Shown here piece after piece: positions 37,664 to 45,985 of a DNA stretch of 64,000 nucleotides (the stretch's first letter is position 1; every line of letters starts with the position of its first letter). Where the stretch lies: IMG/VR virus record IMGVR_UViG_2654587547_000001, positions 1 to 64,000 of that record. One strand, given 5' to 3'. The notes beneath the pieces were generated by a model. That model was given only the letters and a program-made list of their open reading frames with translations, was not told the DNA's origin and did no database searches. The position numbers and the translations under genes were made by a program. This stretch comes from a virus. Lineage: Duplodnaviria; Caudoviricetes.

Positions 37664-40105
37664 ATGACCGTTCAAACCGAGATCTCCACCGTCACGCACG
37701 ATTGTGATGGCGTCACCATCGCGTTCCCCGTCCCGTATCGCTTTCTGACGAATACCGATCTGGTAGTAACTCGGATAGAACCGGGGGGCGACGAAGACGT
37801 CCGCACTGTCCTGACGCTTGGTACTGATTACATGGTGACCGGCGCGGGTGCTGATGCTGGTGGAACCATCACTACAGCGGTCGACTACCCGGTCGGTGAC
37901 AAGCTGGAAGTTGAGCGCGACGTGCCGATGACGCAGCTCACTGAATACCAGCCCAGCGGGCCGTTCCCAGCGAAGTCGCACGAGCGTGCGCTGGACAAGC
38001 TGACGATGGTGGACCAGCAACTTGAACGCCGCATCTTGCAAAACGAGAGCAATATCCAGGATCTTGAAGAGTTCGACGCCAGCATCGGCGGTCTAGTCGA
38101 ACAAGCCGCGAGTAGCGCTGCTGCTGCTCAAGCTGCAGCGCAGGCCTCTCAAGAGGCGCTATACGAGTTCCGAGGCGTGTACCTCGGTGCTCAGTCTTCA
38201 GACCCCACGCTTGACTTGAACGGGAACCCTGTCACCGAGGGGGACTTCTATTTCAATATCGTCAGCAAGCGTATTCGAATTTACGACGGTAGCGCGTGGT
38301 CGGATGGCGTTGACGGCGTGACGGAGGCGCAACTGGCAGCAGCCGGAGGCGCCGAACTGATCGGATATCAGAATCCTGCGGCGGGTTCGGTTGTAGAAAC
38401 CCTCGCCAGTGTGGCCGACCGCCAGCTTACGGCCTTCACGTTTGGCGCGGTGGGCGACGGCGTAGCGGATGACACTGAGGCGCTGCAAGCCCTGGCGGAT
38501 GCCCCTATCGGATTCAAGCGTATCCCGGCGGGCACCTACCGGGTAACGAACACGATTCAATTTCAGCCGGGCGATACGGTTGTTGGCGACGGCCGTAACA
38601 CCGTGATCGCGCCGGACCCGACGGGGTGGGGCACCAAATCTGTCATGGCCGTATCCGGCGAATTGGTCGCGATGCCCAACTTGGCGGCCAACGTAGCGCA
38701 AGGTTCTGCCAATCTCACGGCAGCAAGTGCGCCTAATTTTGCGTCCGGTGACGTGGGCCTGATTTTCCACCCCAGCGATTCATCATTTTCGACGTGGCGC
38801 ACTTACTACAAGGCGGGCGAATTTTTCCGCGTGAGCAGCGTTACCGGCACCGCTATCAGCACGATGGGGGTTACCTATGCTCCGTATGCGTTCGCCAATG
38901 TTGTGGTGTACAAGCTGGTCGGCAAGTCTACGGTTTTCCGCGACTTTCACATCCAGCAGCCGTCCACACAAAACGTCGGTCTTCGCGTTTCGCTGATCGA
39001 TGGCCCCATTATTTCCAACGTCACCACGGGCGGAAGCACGTACTGCGGCATCGAGATTGACCGCTGCTATGACATTCGAGTGGAATCCACTGTGTTCCAG
39101 GCGTCCCCCGCCGTGGACGATGAGTACGGTTTGTTGATCTCCAACAGCCAGGGCGGCGTCATCAACGGGTCTTTTTACGGCGGGCGGCATGCGGTCGCTT
39201 TCGGAGGTGGCTCAGGCGTCGGGTGCGTGTCGTGCCGAGGCATTACGGTTACGGCTGCGAACATGGGCGGCAGCGGCAATATCGGATCGCACGACCTGCA
39301 CGGCAACACCGAAGACATCCGATTTTTCGGCGGCACGTTCGCCAACGGCGGCACGCTGGCCGGCAAGAATCACACGTTCAACGGTTGCAGGTTCATGGGG
39401 AACCGCAATAGCGGCATAGCCCTGTACGGCGGCGAGATCGTGGGCGGTACGCACCATTTCGTGGATTGCCATTTTGAATCGACCATCATTAACCCGAACG
39501 CGGCTGGCTTCGGTTTGCTGGACTTCACTCAGCTGAGCGCCAACGTAACCCAGCTTACCTACATCAAGTTCAACAATTGCACGTTCTACGCGCCGTCCGG
39601 TTGCACGTATGTCGTAGCGGCGGCCCTCACCGGCACGCCCAATGACATCAGCCTGATGTTCGATTCTCCCTCGGTTGTCTTTGCCCCAAGCGTTACGCAA
39701 TTCTTGCGCATAAGCAAATCGAGCGGCGCGGGGCGTTTCGATACGCTCCAAATTAAAGACATTACCGGAATGCCTGGGACGGGGGCCTCTTACGTGGTAT
39801 CGGCCAGCGGTTCCCCGGCGGTGTTGCACTATCGCATGCCTACTCAAACCGGCTCAGCTCCGGTGACGATATCGACCGGTGCGTCTGCGGCATCCACCAC
39901 GGTAACTTTTCCTGTCGCGTACCCGAAAACCCCTGCCATCGTGTCATCGTTGACGCTCAACACGGTTGGGGGGGATCGCAGCATTTGTGCGCCTGTCTCC
40001 CCAAGCGCGACCGGCTTTTCGGCAACCGTCGCAACTGCTGACGGCGGTAACTTCGCTGCGGCTGATACGGCCACGGTCATGTGGCACGCGGGTCTTGATG
40101 AGTAG
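37664..40105 (+). CDS. Tailspike / depolymerase
   Basis: T7-tail-fibre-like N-terminus (LTLGTDY...HERALDKLTM), FGAVGDGVADDTEALQA beta-helix start, C-terminal TVTFPVAY domain. Confidence 0.9.
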   Translation: MTVQTEISTVTHDCDGVTIAFPVPYRFLTNTDLVVTRIEPGGDEDVRTVLTLGTDYMVTGAGADAGGTITTAVDYPVGDKLEVERDVPMTQLTEYQPSGPFPAKSHERALDKLTMVDQQLERRILQNESNIQDLEEFDASIGGLVEQAASSAAAAQAAAQASQEALYEFRGVYLGAQSSDPTLDLNGNPVTEGDFYFNIVSKRIRIYDGSAWSDGVDGVTEAQLAAAGGAELIGYQNPAAGSVVETLASVADRQLTAFTFGAVGDGVADDTEALQALADAPIGFKRIPAGTYRVTNTIQFQPGDTVVGDGRNTVIAPDPTGWGTKSVMAVSGELVAMPNLAANVAQGSANLTAASAPNFASGDVGLIFHPSDSSFSTWRTYYKAGEFFRVSSVTGTAISTMGVTYAPYAFANVVVYKLVGKSTVFRDFHIQQPSTQNVGLRVSLIDGPIISNVTTGGSTYCGIEIDRCYDIRVESTVFQASPAVDDEYGLLISNSQGGVINGSFYGGRHAVAFGGGSGVGCVSCRGITVTAANMGGSGNIGSHDLHGNTEDIRFFGGTFANGGTLAGKNHTFNGCRFMGNRNSGIALYGGEIVGGTHHFVDCHFESTIINPNAAGFGLLDFTQLSANVTQLTYIKFNNCTFYAPSGCTYVVAAALTGTPNDISLMFDSPSVVFAPSVTQFLRISKSSGAGRFDTLQIKDITGMPGTGASYVVSASGSPAVLHYRMPTQTGSAPVTISTGASAASTTVTFPVAYPKTPAIVSSLTLNTVGGDRSICAPVSPSATGFSATVATADGGNFAAADTATVMWHAGLDE

Positions 40106-40284
40106 CACCAGGCCCGGGGTTTCGATCCAGGCCTGGCCTTGAACTTTAGGCCTTATGCAAATGGCGGATCCCCACATCACCGACGCAGCAATTAAATCCA
40201 GCGACGCACGCATCACTGGGGCCTGCTCGGCGGCTTTTTTTACGTCTATATGGGACGCGATGTTGTCGCTTCAAAGGAAAGGCC

Positions 40285-40569
40285 ATGGCTGACGAACATC
40301 TGTCCGATGCGTTCATCAAGTCACTGCACGCGCGCGTCGTGCAAATGGAGCAAGACATGGCACACAATGCGGAAGCCACCGCGCGGAATACCGATTCAAT
40401 CGAGACAATCCGCCGGAACACGCAGGACATCGTTGACACGTTCCAAGCGCTGGCGGGCGGGTTCAAGGTACTGCAAGGGCTGGGCCGGCTGGCAAAGCCG
40501 CTTGCGTATATCGTTGGCTTCGTCACTGCTGTTATCACTGCCTACTCGGCGTGGCGGGGTATCAAATGA
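40285..40569 (+). CDS. Putative holin
   Basis: C-terminal TM; directly before the endolysin. Confidence 0.65.
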   Translation: MADEHLSDAFIKSLHARVVQMEQDMAHNAEATARNTDSIETIRRNTQDIVDTFQALAGGFKVLQGLGRLAKPLAYIVGFVTAVITAYSAWRGIK

Positions 40570-41120
40570 AGCTTGGAACCAAGATCGCGGGAGGTGCCGC
40601 TGCCCTCGTTGCTTCTGGCGCTTTGACGCTGTTCTCGCCAACGCTGCAATCCTTCCTTGGCAAGTGGGAGGGCGACGGGCAAAACGTTGTCTACGCCGAC
40701 AAGCTGGCCCGCGGCCTGCCTACGGTATGCAAGGGCATCACCAAGCACACCAGCCCTGAGCCATTGGTGGTGGGCGACTACTGGTCGCCGGAGCGCTGCG
40801 AGCAGATTGAGCGCCTGGTGGTGAGCAAGGGTCAATTGAAGCTGGCGGACTGCATCGACGTGGTGATCAGTCAGCCGATCTTTGACGCCCTGAGCAGCCA
40901 TGGCCACAACTTCGGCACGCCCAGCACCTGCGCGAGCCGCGCGGTGGGCCTTATCAATGCCGGCCGGCTGCGAGAAGGTTGCAATGCCCTGGCTCATGCG
41001 CCGAACGGGTCTCCAGTCTGGTCCTACGTCACTGATGCCAAGGGCGCTAAGGTCTTTGTGCAGGGCCTGTACAACCGGCGTCTGGATGAGGAGCGGCTAT
41101 GTCTCTCGGGGCTGGGCTGA
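40566..41120 (+). CDS. SAR endolysin (GH24 lysozyme)
   Basis: Gly/Ala-rich N-terminal anchor; WEG...YAD...PTVCKGIT; GLYNRR. Confidence 0.9.
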   Translation: MKLGTKIAGGAAALVASGALTLFSPTLQSFLGKWEGDGQNVVYADKLARGLPTVCKGITKHTSPEPLVVGDYWSPERCEQIERLVVSKGQLKLADCIDVVISQPIFDALSSHGHNFGTPSTCASRAVGLINAGRLREGCNALAHAPNGSPVWSYVTDAKGAKVFVQGLYNRRLDEERLCLSGLG

Positions 41121-41650
41121 TCGGCTGGAAAGGATACGCGGTGGCCAGCATCGTAGGCGCGGCACTGTTGGGCGGCGCGATACTTGAGCGCCACTGGTAC
41201 GGCGCCAGTCAATACCGGGCCGGAGCCGACGCCAAGCAAGCCGAAATCGAGAAACGCCAAGCGGCCATCGAGCACGCATGGCAGGAGGAAAGGGATCGTG
41301 CTGATGCCAAACACCGCGGCGCCGTCTTGGCGCGCGAACAAATCGAATCGAAGCTGGCGCAGGCTGAGCGCGATCGTGATGCCGCTTTTGCTCGCATTGC
41401 CGGGCTGCGCAAGCAGCTTGCCAGCCGGGGCGCCGCGGCTACCGACGCCGGCGGCGGATCTGATAGCCCCGGCCCCGACTGGATCGGCCTATTTGGAGAG
41501 TGTCTCGGTCGAGCTCAAAGCCTTGGACGACGACTTGGCGAGGTGGGAAAGGATGCTGCAGGATGGGCTGACCAAGTGAATGGGTTACAGGGTTATATTC
41601 AAGGCCTGCGCGGCGCACAGAGGATAAAGGCGCCGGAGCAGATACCCTAA
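41099..41650 (+). CDS. i-spanin (Rz-like)
   Basis: N-terminal TM followed by a coiled coil. Confidence 0.8.
   Translation: MSLGAGLIGWKGYAVASIVGAALLGGAILERHWYGASQYRAGADAKQAEIEKRQAAIEHAWQEERDRADAKHRGAVLAREQIESKLAQAERDRDAAFARIAGLRKQLASRGAAATDAGGGSDSPGPDWIGLFGECLGRAQSLGRRLGEVGKDAAGWADQVNGLQGYIQGLRGAQRIKAPEQIP
41304..41579 (+). CDS. o-spanin (Rz1-like), embedded in the i-spanin gene
   Basis: Alternate frame; LLLALPG-C lipobox-like sequence; Pro-rich. Confidence 0.7.
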   Translation: MPNTAAPSWRANKSNRSWRRLSAIVMPLLLALPGCASSLPAGAPRLPTPAADLIAPAPTGSAYLESVSVELKALDDDLARWERMLQDGLTK

Positions 41651-41676
41651 ATTACCTATAAGGCTTGGAGCCCGTA

Positions 41677-41952
41677 ATGAAACTGAGATTCGAGAGAATC
41701 AAGTCCGTTTACTTCGATCTACCTGCTGTAGGAGCTCAAGTGGCTTTTGCCGTCTTATCGGACAATCTCACTCCCAATTTGGGTCGAGCGTTCAGTGGAG
41801 AGCTGATGGTGAATTTGAAGTTTCAATCGCAAGCGGATTTTGATGCCGTCACCCAATCGGATCTCATCAACACTGCCTTTGCCAAGATCGCTCAAGAATT
41901 GCCTGAAGCAATGTTGCTTACTGGTGCTGAGTGGCAGCAGTTGATGAACTAG
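41677..41952 (+). CDS. Low-GC accessory protein
   Basis: GGAG RBS; AT-richer than its flanks. Confidence 0.65.
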   Translation: MKLRFERIKSVYFDLPAVGAQVAFAVLSDNLTPNLGRAFSGELMVNLKFQSQADFDAVTQSDLINTAFAKIAQELPEAMLLTGAEWQQLMN

Positions 41953-41972
41953 CTATCTTCTTCCACAGACGA

Positions 41973-42197
41973 TTAGCCATCCTGCGGCCCGCGCTGCCTG
42001 GACAGCTGGATCTCGTCATCCGCCCCGATCTCGCGCAGCCATGCGCCACAGCCCTCGTCTGGGTAGACAGGGGCTATACGGTGGTCAGGATCTCGGCGGC
42101 AATACGGCCTGCGCCCCTGGTCGGTTGTTTCGCCGTGCCAGTGGGTACAGGTCCAGCACCCGCCGAGCTTTGGGGGCATGGGCTTGAAGTAGGACAT
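41973..42197 (-). CDS. 74-aa Cys-rich protein, putatively SOS-regulated
   Basis: CWTCTHWHG...YC...GCGAW; LexA box 2 nt upstream of the ATG. Confidence 0.75.
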   Translation of the reverse strand: MSYFKPMPPKLGGCWTCTHWHGETTDQGRRPYCRRDPDHRIAPVYPDEGCGAWLREIGADDEIQLSRQRGPQDG

Positions 42198-42199
42198 TG

Positions 42200-42215
42200 C
42201 TGGACAAATATACAG
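42200..42215 (-). promoter_or_regulatory. LexA (SOS) box
   Basis: CTGTATATTTGTCCAG fits CTG-N10-CAG. Confidence 0.8.
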
Positions 42216-42222
42216 CAAGGTA

Positions 42223-42242
42223 TGTGGGGGATTTATTGGCAA
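42223..42242. repeat. Putative Int arm-type site, copy 2
   Basis: TGTGGGGGATTTATTGGCAA, 18/20 identical to 25-44. Confidence 0.7.
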
Positions 42243-42335
42243 AGTAGGCGCAATCCGGCGTAATCGTCGCGGTGGGCGCGAAGCCAAAGCCCAGCAAAAT
42301 CAACGCCCTAGGGCTATGCGCCTATCGCGTCCGTT

Positions 42336-42382
42336 GACTCATAATCCGTTGGTGCCGAGTTCGACTCTCGGGGGGCCTACCA
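42336..42382 (+). repeat. att core: 3' half of a CAT-anticodon tRNA (Ile2/Met); not a full tRNA
   Basis: GACTCATAATCCGTTGGTGCCGAGTTCGACTCTCGGGGGGCCTACCA has the anticodon loop, T-arm and CCA, but no 5' half. Confidence 0.9.
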
Positions 42383-42390
42383 ATAGATAT

Positions 42391-42426
42391 GCGGGTCTTG
42401 GAGCAATCCAAGGCCCGCTTTCTTTT
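42391..42426 (+). terminator. Terminator after the tRNA 3' end
   Basis: GCGGGTCTTGGA-GCAA-TCCAAGGCCCGC-TTTCTTTT. Confidence 0.85.
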
Positions 42427-42451
42427 CCGCAATCGGGTTAAATTTCCGCAA
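42424..42451. repeat. Putative arm sites for integrase 2
   Basis: TTTCCGCAA twice (42424, 42443). Confidence 0.45.
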
Positions 42452-42481
42452 ATCCATTTTTTGATTTTGGGGGCATCCAGA

Positions 42482-43231
42482 GTGAATCGTGAGTATTTCA
42501 GACGAGATATTTTTGATCGAAGCTTCCCCAAGTGGCCATGTCCACACTGTCGCAGGGGTGAATTGCACCCGATTGCCGAACCGGGCTACGACAGGCCTAC
42601 TGCTGAGACATTGCGATATGTGCACGATCCAGATCGTGAAGCGGGATGGGTGAGGCGGCGCTTTTTTCTCCAGTTCAGTTGCCCCTCATGTCCAGAAGGA
42701 ATGCTTCTGGTTGGTGAGGCGACGGATGATGCTTATCACTATTTTGATGAGAACACAGGCGAGGAGGAGCACGGACACTTTGAGGTGGTCTACCCCAAGT
42801 ACCTTTACCCGGCAGTGAGCTTAATAAACGTACCTGATGCTGCGCCGGCGACGATCCGGCAAGCACTTGATGAGGCGGCCGAATTGTTTTGGGTGTCTGG
42901 CCAGGCAACGGTGAATGCACTTCGCAAGGCCGTCGAGTGCCTAATGACGGACCAAGGAATTCCTGGTTTTGGCGCCGACAAAAAATTTGTGCCTCTGCAC
43001 GATCGAATTGTTGAGTTTTCGAAAGCTCACCCGGACTTCAAGAACTTGCTAACGGCGGTAAAACTGCTTGGGAATGCAGGAAGTCACGAGGACGTTCCGG
43101 ATGATCTCGACGGTATGTTGTTCGACGCGCTCGAAATCGTTGAGTTTGTGTTGGTGAATCTTTATGACAAGCCCATTCTAAAAATGGATGCACTCGCGCA
43201 GCGTATCGAGGCACGCTTGAAGCCTCATTGA
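42482..43231 (+). CDS. DUF4145 (HEPN-like) protein with an N-terminal Zn ribbon
   Basis: CPHC/CPSC; LRKAVE...LHDRI...KLLGNAGSH; lower GC. Confidence 0.8.
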   Translation: MNREYFRRDIFDRSFPKWPCPHCRRGELHPIAEPGYDRPTAETLRYVHDPDREAGWVRRRFFLQFSCPSCPEGMLLVGEATDDAYHYFDENTGEEEHGHFEVVYPKYLYPAVSLINVPDAAPATIRQALDEAAELFWVSGQATVNALRKAVECLMTDQGIPGFGADKKFVPLHDRIVEFSKAHPDFKNLLTAVKLLGNAGSHEDVPDDLDGMLFDALEIVEFVLVNLYDKPILKMDALAQRIEARLKPH

Positions 43232-43239
43232 ACATGAGG

Positions 43240-44328
43240 TCATCGTGTGGGTCCCGCCTTGTCGCCTTTGCGGTGCCGTACATATCGCTCGGTGGTTGAT
43301 ACCGAGCCGTGGCCGAGCTGTTTTTGGGCCTGGCGAATGTCGCCGGCCGATTCGGTTTTGTCTGTGCCGGCCTTGGCGCGCAGGTCGCGGAACTGGAATT
43401 CGGCCTTGGGGACGCCGGCTATTTCCCTGGCCTTGTCGAACCGGTCGCGCAGCGCACCTGCGGTCAGCGGCAAGCCGGATTCGTTCATCACCAGGTACAG
43501 GCTGACCACCTTGTTCTCAGCGCGGTAGAGCGTCTTTCTTGCCTTGATCCGGTCGATCACCTGGGCGAGCTCTCCCGTAATCTCGATCCGTAGTTTCTGG
43601 TCTGTCTTGCCCTGGCGCACGTGCAAGAAGCCGTCGCGCATGTCGGTCTCCAGAAAGCGCAGGGTGTCAGCCGGCCGCTGGCCCGCCAGATAGGCAAGGT
43701 CCATGGCGTCCCGTAGCGGCTCGTCAGCGGCCTTCCAGACCTGAGCATAGGTGTTGTCCTCGACGTAGGTGTCGCGCCCGCGCTCCTTGTTCTTTCGCAC
43801 GCCTTGAGCCGGGTTTGGTGCGTCGGTCAGACCGATCTCGCGGGCATAGTTGAAAATGGCGCTGAACAGCGCGATTTCACGGTTGGCGCGCACGTGGCCG
43901 GCATCCGGCGGCACAGGCCGGCCCTTCTCGCGGAACCAGTCCGCCGCTTTCCCCATGCGCCAGCGGATGTATCGGGTGACGTGGACAGGCTTGATCAACT
44001 CCAGCACCACCGGCGGCTTGTCGAAGATCTCGCACAGGAATTCGAGTTCGATCTGGTTCCCGTCCTGCGTGCGCGGAGCCTTCGTCGGCACAATGTCGGC
44101 GAAGTACCGGTTGGCCGCCTGCCGGAAGGTGACTTGACTGGCGGCGCCCACCGACTGCTGCGTCAGTTGCCCCCAGCGGCGCATGGCCTCGACGAAGTCA
44201 GACCCCAACGGCTCTTCCTTGCGGGGCTTCCCGCCCAGATCAAAGTAGTAGTAGGTCTTGGCGCCGCGGTGGCGCGCGCGCATGCCTGGCGGCAGGCGAT
44301 TGCGGGTAGGCTTGCGCCCCATGCTCAT
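43240..44328 (-). CDS. int: Tyrosine recombinase / phage integrase
   Basis: AGQRPAD, QGKT, FRDLRAK, LGH, TERY. Confidence 0.95.
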   Translation of the reverse strand: MSMGRKPTRNRLPPGMRARHRGAKTYYYFDLGGKPRKEEPLGSDFVEAMRRWGQLTQQSVGAASQVTFRQAANRYFADIVPTKAPRTQDGNQIELEFLCEIFDKPPVVLELIKPVHVTRYIRWRMGKAADWFREKGRPVPPDAGHVRANREIALFSAIFNYAREIGLTDAPNPAQGVRKNKERGRDTYVEDNTYAQVWKAADEPLRDAMDLAYLAGQRPADTLRFLETDMRDGFLHVRQGKTDQKLRIEITGELAQVIDRIKARKTLYRAENKVVSLYLVMNESGLPLTAGALRDRFDKAREIAGVPKAEFQFRDLRAKAGTDKTESAGDIRQAQKQLGHGSVSTTERYVRHRKGDKAGPTR

Positions 44329-44576
44329 GCCCTCCAGGCGTCAGGCGTCCATTCGGTATTGGCCGGCTCGGCGGCGCGCGGGCGCTGCCCTTCCACGGCG
44401 CTGCGCGCGACTATAGCCCGACCCGCGCGGTTGACGTGCGCCGGGTAGCCGTGGGCCAGCAACCATTCCACCTGCAAGACGGGATAGGGCTTGCCTTTGG
44501 TACCGCGGCGGATGCCCGTCATGTCCGCGACCTCGGTTGGGCTTAGGAATGTGTCCGACGTTTCACGCTCGGTCAT
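44325..44576 (-). CDS. Excisionase-like protein (DUF4224-type)
   Basis: FLSPTEVADMTG...QVEWL...NRAGRAIV; coupled to int. Confidence 0.8.
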   Translation of the reverse strand: MTERETSDTFLSPTEVADMTGIRRGTKGKPYPVLQVEWLLAHGYPAHVNRAGRAIVARSAVEGQRPRAAEPANTEWTPDAWRA

Positions 44577-44803
44577 CGCGATACCTCATCAGGTTGAACT
44601 TGCAGGACGCGCGCGGCGACCGCGTTGCGGATGGCGGGCATGTCGCTGAGCGCCCAATAGACGCCCAGCAGCGTGCGCTGGACAGGTTGGATACCCAGCG
44701 CCAGCAGCGAGTCCACGGACGGCTTCAGACCCAGCCGCTCGCCGACTTCGGTGGTGGTCAGCACGGGCATGCCGCGCTGGATCTCTACTTTCTCGCGTCG
44801 CAT
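44573..44803 (-). CDS. Small HTH-like protein
   Basis: LTTTEVGERLGL; coupled ORF. Confidence 0.65.
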   Translation of the reverse strand: MRREKVEIQRGMPVLTTTEVGERLGLKPSVDSLLALGIQPVQRTLLGVYWALSDMPAIRNAVAARVLQVQPDEVSR

Positions 44804-44856
44804 CAGTGCTCCTTCGGCGCCGCGGCCGGTGCCTGGTGTTGGGCTGCGTGTGCCAT

Positions 44857-45372
44857 TTATTGCTCCTTGGTGTCGGTGATGGCGGGCTTCATGAAGGTCA
44901 GCCAGTGGGTTCGGTTCAGGCGCCCGACGCGGTGCCCAAATAGGGGCTTGTGGTCGGTGCAGGCCAGAATCTCGCGCAGCGGGATCTGTGTTTCGTTCCA
45001 TTTGAAAACCAGCACCCCGAGAGGGCGCAGGACGCGGAAGCATTCCGCCAAGCCCTGGCGCATGTCATCCTGCCAGTCGGCGCCCAGCTTTCCGTACTTC
45101 GCCGCCATCCAGCTACGGGGGCCTGCGCGCACAAGGTGCGGGGGATCGAACGCCACCAGGGCAAAGGATTCATCAGGAAATGGCAGCGCGCGGAAGTCCA
45201 TCTGTGCGTCAGGATGCACATGCACCACGCGGGTGCCGTCATCGCGGTGAGTGCGGTCAGTTACCGTGATGGTTTCGTCGCGCAGGTCGCCGAACAAAAC
45301 TCGCTGGTCTGTCGGGTCGAACCACATCATGCGGCCACCGCAGCAGGGATCAAGAATCGTCGCTTCACTCAC
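44857..45372 (-). CDS. SAM-dependent (amino-DNA-type) methyltransferase
   Basis: ILDPCCGGRM motif I; FDPPH motif IV; FRVLRP. Confidence 0.88.
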   Translation of the reverse strand: MSEATILDPCCGGRMMWFDPTDQRVLFGDLRDETITVTDRTHRDDGTRVVHVHPDAQMDFRALPFPDESFALVAFDPPHLVRAGPRSWMAAKYGKLGADWQDDMRQGLAECFRVLRPLGVLVFKWNETQIPLREILACTDHKPLFGHRVGRLNRTHWLTFMKPAITDTKEQ

Positions 45373-45985
45373 GTCCGCCTCCGTCCGTGCGGGGGTGCTG
45401 GGGATTGCCCGCCTGCATGGCACGTTCGCGCTTGCGCTCGGCCTCGATAAGGCTCTGCGCGGCCTCGCGGATATCGCCCGCCACGCTGCCTGCCCACCAG
45501 CGGACCATGCACGACAGCACATCGTTGTCGTACTGCGTCGGCGAGTAGACCCGGCGCCAATCCACCGCGTGCGCGACCGTCTGATGCAGACGCGGTACGC
45601 CACCGGGGGTCAGCATCGCTTCCGTCAGGATGATTCCGCTGTTGACGCCGTAGTTCCGCAGGTTCGCGATAGCCCATGCCGCCACGAACGCCTCTTCGCG
45701 GCGCAAGTAGCCTTCGTACTTGGCCAGTCGTTCAGCGACATACGTAAAGGACTGGCCTGCGTTGCAACCCATCCAGACCATGAACGACGCTGCCACGCGC
45801 GCACCGCGCTGGTCTAAAGGCTCGCACAAGTCGCCGAATACCTCGCGCAGTGCGTTCCGGTTTGCGCCCAGGTACTCGCGCCACAGGTCGAGGTAAATCC
45901 GTTCACCGTGGAAGCCGGCGCGCGGCAGGTTGACGGGTATGTGCCGCAGCTCACGCCGGCCGGCTACAGGTGTCGGTTCACGCAT
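45365..45985 (-). CDS. Hypothetical phage protein
   Basis: Coupled ORF bounded by shared linkers. Confidence 0.75.
   Translation of the reverse strand: MREPTPVAGRRELRHIPVNLPRAGFHGERIYLDLWREYLGANRNALREVFGDLCEPLDQRGARVAASFMVWMGCNAGQSFTYVAERLAKYEGYLRREEAFVAAWAIANLRNYGVNSGIILTEAMLTPGGVPRLHQTVAHAVDWRRVYSPTQYDNDVLSCMVRWWAGSVAGDIREAAQSLIEAERKRERAMQAGNPQHPRTDGGGRE

Larger units (their letters stand above)
1..42382. mobile_element. Prophage 1, temperate podovirus with BPP-1/epsilon15-like structural module; left att lies outside the window
   Basis: Gene order runs from int through immunity, replication, packaging, head, tail and lysis, and ends at a tRNA 3' fragment. An arm-like repeat occurs at both ends. 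Confidence 0.93.

Noticed and set aside
35860-40300. BPP-1-type diversity-generating retroelement at the tail gene
   Set aside because: No reverse transcriptase, Avd or TR/VR pair seen; the receptor-binding protein is a beta-helix tailspike, not Mtd.
42305-42382. Complete tRNA gene
   Set aside because: The sequence 5' of the anticodon loop cannot form the anticodon, D or acceptor stems; only the 3' half (att core) is present.
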